From NCBI GenBank assembly GCA_965215195.1, contig CBDCDC010000002.1:3392001-3456000 (forward strand): a DNA stretch of 64,000 nucleotides, read 5' to 3'. The notes under the pieces were generated by a model, which saw only the letters and a program-made list of their open reading frames with translations, was not told where the DNA came from and did not search any database. Positions 58,174-64,000 of this stretch are shown here, piece by piece. The translations under genes were made by a program, and so were the position numbers. Position 1 is the first letter of the stretch, and each line of letters begins with the position of its first letter. This DNA is from Candidatus Latescibacterota bacterium. Lineage in GTDB: Bacteria; Latescibacterota; UBA2968; UBA8231.

Positions 58174-60291
58174 TCAATACGCCACACCCACTAGCCGGGA
58201 CTGCTCGTCGCGTTGGGCATCCCCTTCTATCGCCAACCGCACAATATAGAGCCCTAGCGGGACTAGCTCGCCTTGGGCATCAAGTCCGTCCCACACCTTG
58301 TCTTCGTAGCGTCCGTTGCGTTCGGGAGCGTCGTAGACGAGGCGGACTAGCCGGCCGCTCAGATCGTAAACGGCGATCTCTACCGGGCGGGCAACATCCA
58401 AAGCGAGCAAGTTATAGTACACCCTGGCCACATCGTTGACCCGATCCCCGTTGGGGGTGAAGATCGCGGGTGCGATCTCCATTTTGTCTAGCAAACGGCC
58501 TTTGTGCAGCATTGAGGGACTCAATACCGTAGTACCGGATAGATCGGCATCGTCGTCTGTAGCCAGTCTTGCCGCATCGCCCGAAACGACGGCTTGGGAT
58601 ATACTCCCCTCTTCGTCGGAAAGCCGAACCGCCGCAGTAAAGTTGGTGCTATAGGTCAGCACCTCGGTCTGAAAGTAGATTTTTATTAGTGCGTTGCCTG
58701 CTTGCAGGAAGGGAAGCCGTACCGAGAATTTGTCGTCTTCTACGGCGAGAATTTGGAATCCGTCGACGCGGGTCGTGTCTTCAAGCCCGGCAAAGACGCG
58801 CTCGGCGACGAGTTGTCCGGTTTCATCCACCAACTCTAGGCGATCTATGCTCTCTACTCGGGTAGGAGTGAATATCTCTATGGTGTCAAAACCGCGCAGG
58901 TTGGCCGTCTCTAAGACCGGACGCACGACATACGTGAAGGTCGTGTTTTCGGCTATGCGAACCTCTCGCGGAAAAATCTCGCCGATAACTTCGTCGGCAA
59001 AGGGCGGCGTCAGCAGATCAAAACTCAGGGATTTTAGCCCCCGGGCCGCCTCTAGATCGTCGCTTTGAAAAAAAACTTGGAACTGGAGGTAACGGTTCGG
59101 ACTAGGGGAGGCAATGGGAATCCCCGGGCCGTTGGCCGCACTCGCAGGATAGGGCGTACTGAACGGACTCCAGTTGATTAGATCGTCCCTGATGAGGCCG
59201 GGGTTCCACTGGCGGCCAAGGGAGTCGTCCTTGGGCAGCGTTTCGTACTCGGCTAATTCCATTTCCCGGGTCGGGTCCTCCAAAGAGAGCGGAATCTCCT
59301 CGGCGTCGCGCTTACCTGCTAACAGCCGCGTGAAGACAAAGGGCGTGGCGTCGTTAGCCGTGCGAGTGCGGATTTGCAGACGGGAAAACACCTCGGGGCC
59401 GACGACTTCTTCTACCCACCGCATATCGCCCCAGAGGGCGGGCTGGCCGGCGTCGAATATGTCCGAAATGTACTGGGCTTCGGAGAGGAATCCCGTGCCG
59501 TAAACCTCGAATTCGTCGATCTCAAAGTTGACCGTAGAGGTGGCTCGCAGGCGTACGAACTGGACGTAACTGGGTGGGTCTATGACCACATCGACGACGG
59601 GATTTTCGTTGTCGGCCTCCAACAGCAGCGGATCCCAAATCAAGCTGCCGTCGTTGGTCAGGCTGATTCCGTCGTTGGTAAATAGCTCGAAGGCCCGCAA
59701 GAAGTCGTTGTGGAAGGGCTTGGTCGGGGATTTATGCACGGTATTGCGCGGATAGAAGCGGATGCGATTGACGCCAAAACGCCCCCCCAAATTGAGGATG
59801 ACCAGCGTACCCAGAGCGTTGAAATTCTTGCGCTCAAACGCCTCCTTTTCACCGCCATCCTCGCTAGTGAGCAACTCCTCCAAAGCCAGTCGGAGGTCGT
59901 TGCGATCAAATATACTACCACTGGCGACACCGACGTCGCGCCCGAAGTCTGAGACGTTGGGCGCGTCTATTTCACCGCCCCGCGCCACCGTATTGTTGGC
60001 GATGTTTTCGCCGTCTTCTATGCGCAGGGGAAGGATACCACGAGAAAAATCGGGATGCGCGAATTCGACTAGATTCCCGGGCGCATTGCCCACTAGCAGG
60101 CGGTTGGGGTTGAGGGGTGAGCGATGTTCCGCATTGATGACCGCCACGGCGGCACTGCCTTCGCCCTGCCAATCCAACTCGCCGCCCTCGCCCAAGGTAA
60201 CGGTTTCGAAAGCGAAAACAGGGCCACAAACGACTGTTAGGAATCCTGATACTAGGGTAAAAAAGCGCGAAAAATAGCCCGATACACGCAT
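58174..60291 (-). CDS. Secreted protein with C-terminal FlgD-Ig/CHU-type domain (paralogue)
   Basis: Signal peptide, NRIRFYPR, IRTRT, FTPNGDRVND...WDG, ends VAY. Confidence 0.8.
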   Translation of the reverse strand: MRVSGYFSRFFTLVSGFLTVVCGPVFAFETVTLGEGGELDWQGEGSAAVAVINAEHRSPLNPNRLLVGNAPGNLVEFAHPDFSRGILPLRIEDGENIANNTVARGGEIDAPNVSDFGRDVGVASGSIFDRNDLRLALEELLTSEDGGEKEAFERKNFNALGTLVILNLGGRFGVNRIRFYPRNTVHKSPTKPFHNDFLRAFELFTNDGISLTNDGSLIWDPLLLEADNENPVVDVVIDPPSYVQFVRLRATSTVNFEIDEFEVYGTGFLSEAQYISDIFDAGQPALWGDMRWVEEVVGPEVFSRLQIRTRTANDATPFVFTRLLAGKRDAEEIPLSLEDPTREMELAEYETLPKDDSLGRQWNPGLIRDDLINWSPFSTPYPASAANGPGIPIASPSPNRYLQFQVFFQSDDLEAARGLKSLSFDLLTPPFADEVIGEIFPREVRIAENTTFTYVVRPVLETANLRGFDTIEIFTPTRVESIDRLELVDETGQLVAERVFAGLEDTTRVDGFQILAVEDDKFSVRLPFLQAGNALIKIYFQTEVLTYSTNFTAAVRLSDEEGSISQAVVSGDAARLATDDDADLSGTTVLSPSMLHKGRLLDKMEIAPAIFTPNGDRVNDVARVYYNLLALDVARPVEIAVYDLSGRLVRLVYDAPERNGRYEDKVWDGLDAQGELVPLGLYIVRLAIEGDAQRDEQSRLVGVAY

Positions 60292-60426
60292 CGCGACGCT
60301 CCAAATAACCGAGACGGCGGCTTTTGGCAGCCAGCACTTGTAAAATGACTTTTGGCGACGAGTCGATATAGCTTTATTTTGCCTATATTATAAAATCTCG
60401 TCCCCCAGTTCAAGGAAGGATGGGCC

Positions 60427-62550
60427 ATGCTTAGGTCTTTGTCTTTCTTCGTCTGCACGGTCCTACTCACCGCTTTTCAGGTGAACGCCCGCACCGAATA
60501 CCATCTGGGCGGTGTGGACGACGCGTCCTGGCAGGACGCCCGCAGCCAAGCCGAAGTGGGTGCGTATCTGGTTTATGACGCCAACGGCGAGTTGCTCAAG
60601 AGCGTCGCTGTGGGCACAGCCCCGCAAGAGACGGGTGGAGACACCCTCGTCGATTTCTCCGACCTCTCTATCCGCCCCCGCTTCATCGATCCTTTCGAAA
60701 ATTTGGCCCTGACCGATCTAAGCGCCGCGGCGGACAAAGTCCCCCTGAACTTCACCGGGGGAGAGGTCAGCGTATCCTACGGCAATGGGACTTCGGCTTA
60801 CAATTGCCTCTTCGCCGGCAACAACGCCCCTCTCAACAAGCTCATGCTCGACGCCAATCCCGTATCCGCCCAGTTTCGCCCTTTTACGCAGGATCCCAAC
60901 AAAGCACCGGGCATTGGTCAAGGGAATCCCTTCCTCGATGTCATCATATTCGATTTCGGTGCCAATCTGCCGATCAACCGCATTCGCTTCTATCCGCGCC
61001 TCAGCCAAGAGGAGGACCGCCTGCTAATCGAAAATTTCGCCGAGCCCAAACCTGCCCTTGAGTCCTTTGGCGAAGACAGCTTCGCCGATAATTTTGTAGG
61101 CTGGTTCGATATCCGCGTGGGCGATGCTTCGCTGCCCTTCCAAGATGGCGCGTGCGGGCGTACGCCTAGCAGGCGCTGGATTAAAAAGAACGACCCCTTG
61201 CTGACCGTGCTGCACTCCACCCGCGAAAACCTCGACGCGGTGACGGATCTGCGCTTTAAGAGGCAGTCCATCCGCTTTCTCACCTTCCAAGCCTTTCCCT
61301 TGCGCAACTGGGAACTCGCCGAGTTTGAAATCTACGGCGAGGGCTTCGTCGAAGAGATGACCTACATTACCCAGATCTTGGACTTCGGCCGCCCGATTAG
61401 CTGGGGCCGGATCCGCTGGAGCGGCGAGTTGCCCGAGGGCGCACGGGCGGAGATCCGCACCCGCACCGGGCACACCCCCGATCCCAAACTCTACTTCGCT
61501 CCCAATAACAACGGCAATTTGGACCAAATTACTCTGAAGGAGTACTTAAAGATCGACGCGCTGTCCCGCCTGCCCACCAAGTTCGATACTGAAAATTGGA
61601 GTTTCTGGTCGCCACCTTACGATTTTGTGGCCGGCTTGCGCGACGAGACGTTGCCCGCCGAAACTTGGCAGGACGGTACACCCCTGCTCTCGCCAGGGCC
61701 CAGCCGTTACATCCAGATCTCCGTTAAATTTCTTTCTGCCCCCTTTGCCGCCCCTCGGCTGGATCAGCTCTCACTACAGTTGGGTGAGACACCTTCGGCC
61801 CAAGAAGTCGTCGGCGAGATTTGGCCCATCGAAGTGGACTCCTTCAGTCCTACCACCTTCACCTATGTGGTGCTGCCCTCCTTCTCGGCGGACAATATCG
61901 GCTTCGACCACCTAGAAATTCTTACTCACGCCCGGGTCGATACTATTGAGGCGGTCGTACTCGACGGAACCATAGTGGATCCCGATCTTTTCCCATACGA
62001 GATCCTCGATGACCGAATCGTAGTCGAATTTCCAGAAGTGAAGGGCGAAGAGGATAGCTTTAAGCAGCTCGAGGTGACCTTCAATGCGCCCGTGCTGCGC
62101 TTCGGTACCGAATTCAGTGGTTGGGTTTTCAACAGCGAGGATCCCGATCAGATCCGCCAGCAGGTCCAGCCTGGCAACGCCACCTTCCGCTTTTCCGGCG
62201 ATGTGCTCGCCGTAAAAACCCCGGTGGGCGGCAATTTGCTGGTCAGTGTGGAAGTTGGCCCCAATCCCTTTACGCCCAATGGCGACGGCCTCAACGAGAC
62301 GCTAACCATCGCCTACAGTTTGCGCGAGGTGGCAACGGATCGCCCGGTCTCCGTGCATATCTACAATCTAGCTGGGCAAATGGTGGCCCCATTGCCTCCA
62401 ACGCGGTCTCGCAGCGGGCAGTTTCGCCAAGAGTGGGACGGCACCGACGCCAACGGCCAGCGAGTCCCTCCGGGGCTTTACCTATACGAATTATCCCTCG
62501 ATGTCGAGCAAAAAGAAAGAAAAACGGGGGTCTTCGCAGTGGCGTATTAA
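60427..62550 (+). CDS. Secreted protein with C-terminal FlgD-Ig/CHU-type domain (paralogue)
   Basis: Signal peptide, NRIRFYPR, IRTRTG, PNPFTPNGDGLNE...WDG, ends VAY. Confidence 0.8.
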   Translation: MLRSLSFFVCTVLLTAFQVNARTEYHLGGVDDASWQDARSQAEVGAYLVYDANGELLKSVAVGTAPQETGGDTLVDFSDLSIRPRFIDPFENLALTDLSAAADKVPLNFTGGEVSVSYGNGTSAYNCLFAGNNAPLNKLMLDANPVSAQFRPFTQDPNKAPGIGQGNPFLDVIIFDFGANLPINRIRFYPRLSQEEDRLLIENFAEPKPALESFGEDSFADNFVGWFDIRVGDASLPFQDGACGRTPSRRWIKKNDPLLTVLHSTRENLDAVTDLRFKRQSIRFLTFQAFPLRNWELAEFEIYGEGFVEEMTYITQILDFGRPISWGRIRWSGELPEGARAEIRTRTGHTPDPKLYFAPNNNGNLDQITLKEYLKIDALSRLPTKFDTENWSFWSPPYDFVAGLRDETLPAETWQDGTPLLSPGPSRYIQISVKFLSAPFAAPRLDQLSLQLGETPSAQEVVGEIWPIEVDSFSPTTFTYVVLPSFSADNIGFDHLEILTHARVDTIEAVVLDGTIVDPDLFPYEILDDRIVVEFPEVKGEEDSFKQLEVTFNAPVLRFGTEFSGWVFNSEDPDQIRQQVQPGNATFRFSGDVLAVKTPVGGNLLVSVEVGPNPFTPNGDGLNETLTIAYSLREVATDRPVSVHIYNLAGQMVAPLPPTRSRSGQFRQEWDGTDANGQRVPPGLYLYELSLDVEQKERKTGVFAVAY

Positions 62551-62755
62551 ATCTGTACGCGTGATTTGTTTGACATTTTTTTGCGATTGTCGTAGGGTAT
62601 AGTCAAATGCTGTCCCGCAGCCAAACTCTTCACATGCCGGTCGTTGAAAGGAGGTTTTTTCGACAGGCGATTTCTTCGCAACGTATCCCCCTACTCAAAT
62701 CTGGTCCCATGACCGATATACCGATATACCGATAGCCTGAGGAGGTTTTCTCGAC

Positions 62756-63631
62756 ATGCAAAAAATCGCAAAGGGACTGATGGTCCTTCTAGTATCGGCT
62801 GGGCTCGCCAACGCCCACAACCCGCCGGGTGAGTTCTTCTTTCTCTTTCAGTTTCCCGATAGCGCTGTGCCGACCATAGATGGCGACCTTTCCGATTGGA
62901 ATATCGTTCCAGAAAGCTATGTGATCCGCAGCGACAAGCTCTACGACCCCGCTCAGTTCAATGAAGCGGGTCGCGGTGAGCTCGATCTCAGCGACTTCAA
63001 CCCGCTCCACGTCCTCGGTTGGAACGAAAATTTCAACAAGCTCTACTTCGCCAACCAAGTCTTTGACAACATCCATAATACCGACCGCGAAGATCCGGCC
63101 CGTCATTGGGACGACGACAACTGGGAGGTGGAAGTCAACCCGACCCACCTAGCTGCCGACGAGCAGAATCTCGCCGACGAGCCGGTGAATCGGATCGCCT
63201 ATAAATGGGTCGTGCCGCCGCTCGAAGGCGTCTATCAGTCGCTCGAACCCATCGGCAACCTAGCTTGGCTTTCGGACGGGGGCGACTTTACTTCGTTTGG
63301 TTGGTCCTTTGATGGCGACATGTTCGGCGAAAGTACCTATTACTACGAACTAGGTATTACGCCTATTGCCACGATTCCCCGGGAGGATGCCACGCCCGAC
63401 AATATCGAGATTTACGACCTCGAAGAGGACGATATCATCCACATCTCGATCAACAACGGCGATATTGACAACGCCAACGACTATCAGGGTTTTTGGGGCA
63501 CTACCCCAGAGAGCAGCAATATCGCGCTCAACGACTTTATCCTCACGCCGATCGAAGAGGGAATTGACTTTTCGGCGACGAGCGTCGAAGCAACCAGTTG
63601 GGGCCAGCTCAAGAGCAGCTTGGGCAAATAA
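62756..63631 (+). CDS. Secreted acidic protein, CBM9/DOMON-like, with SWGxxK tail
   Basis: AGGAGG RBS, signal peptide ANA-H, PTIDGDLSDW, WDDDNWE, C-terminal ATSVEATSWGQLKSSLGK. Confidence 0.7.
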   Translation: MQKIAKGLMVLLVSAGLANAHNPPGEFFFLFQFPDSAVPTIDGDLSDWNIVPESYVIRSDKLYDPAQFNEAGRGELDLSDFNPLHVLGWNENFNKLYFANQVFDNIHNTDREDPARHWDDDNWEVEVNPTHLAADEQNLADEPVNRIAYKWVVPPLEGVYQSLEPIGNLAWLSDGGDFTSFGWSFDGDMFGESTYYYELGITPIATIPREDATPDNIEIYDLEEDDIIHISINNGDIDNANDYQGFWGTTPESSNIALNDFILTPIEEGIDFSATSVEATSWGQLKSSLGK

Positions 63632-63647
63632 ACCCATCTGCTAGCCC

Positions 63648-64000
63648 TTACTCACCTCCAAGCCCCCGTTTCGCTGCTGTCTGCGAAACGGGGGCTTTCT
63701 TTTGCGCGAACTTCTCGCGGGCTAAGCGCAACTGACTCGCCGCTCGGGGATAGCGAGGAGCCAGCCGCAGCACGGCCTCCCACTCGCGGATGGCTCCTGC
63801 GTACTGCCCTTGTGCGGCATACACCTGGGCCAGCGCGTCGCGGGCCTCGACCAAGGTAGAATCGACGTTCAGGACTGCTTTGAAGGCCTCCACTGCCTGC
63901 TGCAAATCGCCCTGATGGGCGTAGGCCATACCCAGTTTGGTCCGCACTGCCTGCAAATCCGGCTGCAACACCAGAGCCCGACGATAGGCGTCGATAGCCC
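63648..64000 (-). CDS. TPR-repeat protein, 3' end only
   Basis: KLGMAYAHQGDLQQAVEAFKAVL and LAQVYAAQGQYAGAIREWEAVL. The frame continues past the window edge. Confidence 0.8.
   Translation of the reverse strand, partial: AIDAYRRALVLQPDLQAVRTKLGMAYAHQGDLQQAVEAFKAVLNVDSTLVEARDALAQVYAAQGQYAGAIREWEAVLRLAPRYPRAASQLRLAREKFAQKKAPVSQTAAKRGLGGE
63660..63703 (+). terminator. Intrinsic terminator
   Basis: AAGCCCCCGTTTCGC-loop-GCGAAACGGGGGCTT followed by a T-rich tract. Confidence 0.8.

Overview
GC-rich bacterial window. The FlgD/CHU-type C-terminal domains and the 'SWGQLK' tail suggest a Latescibacterota/Gemmatimonadota-like lineage (inference only). (i) 1-5.8 kb: a decaying defence hotspot. A type III-like restriction helicase (Res) runs off the left edge, and two more truncated copies of its 5' end alternate with cassettes: a RelE-like toxin/HTH antitoxin/DUF3467 trio, an MNT-HEPN pair and an AlbA-ATPase. 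Most of these are broken by deletions or by MITEs with 9-bp target duplications. (ii) 5.8-41 kb: mostly housekeeping genes (Zn-dehydrogenase, addB/addA, pgi, gnd, dsbD, an atypical ribB coupled to a dehydratase, rarA fusion, transporters, lptE-like, M23, coaX, ctpA, lipA). (iii) 41-48 kb: a FadR-regulated cobalamin methyltransfer cluster (unknown CGHxH protein, MtaA/CmuA-like methyltransferase, corrinoid protein, RamA-like activase, MetF-MetV fusion) with a palindromic operator. (iv) 48-64 kb: a cell-envelope module of PPIase, three paralogous secreted FlgD-tailed proteins, a large putative outer-membrane protein, a GT-C/TPR glycosyltransferase and a CBM9-like protein. I found no rRNA, tRNA or CRISPR array. 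All assignments come from motif recognition by eye; no database searches were run.
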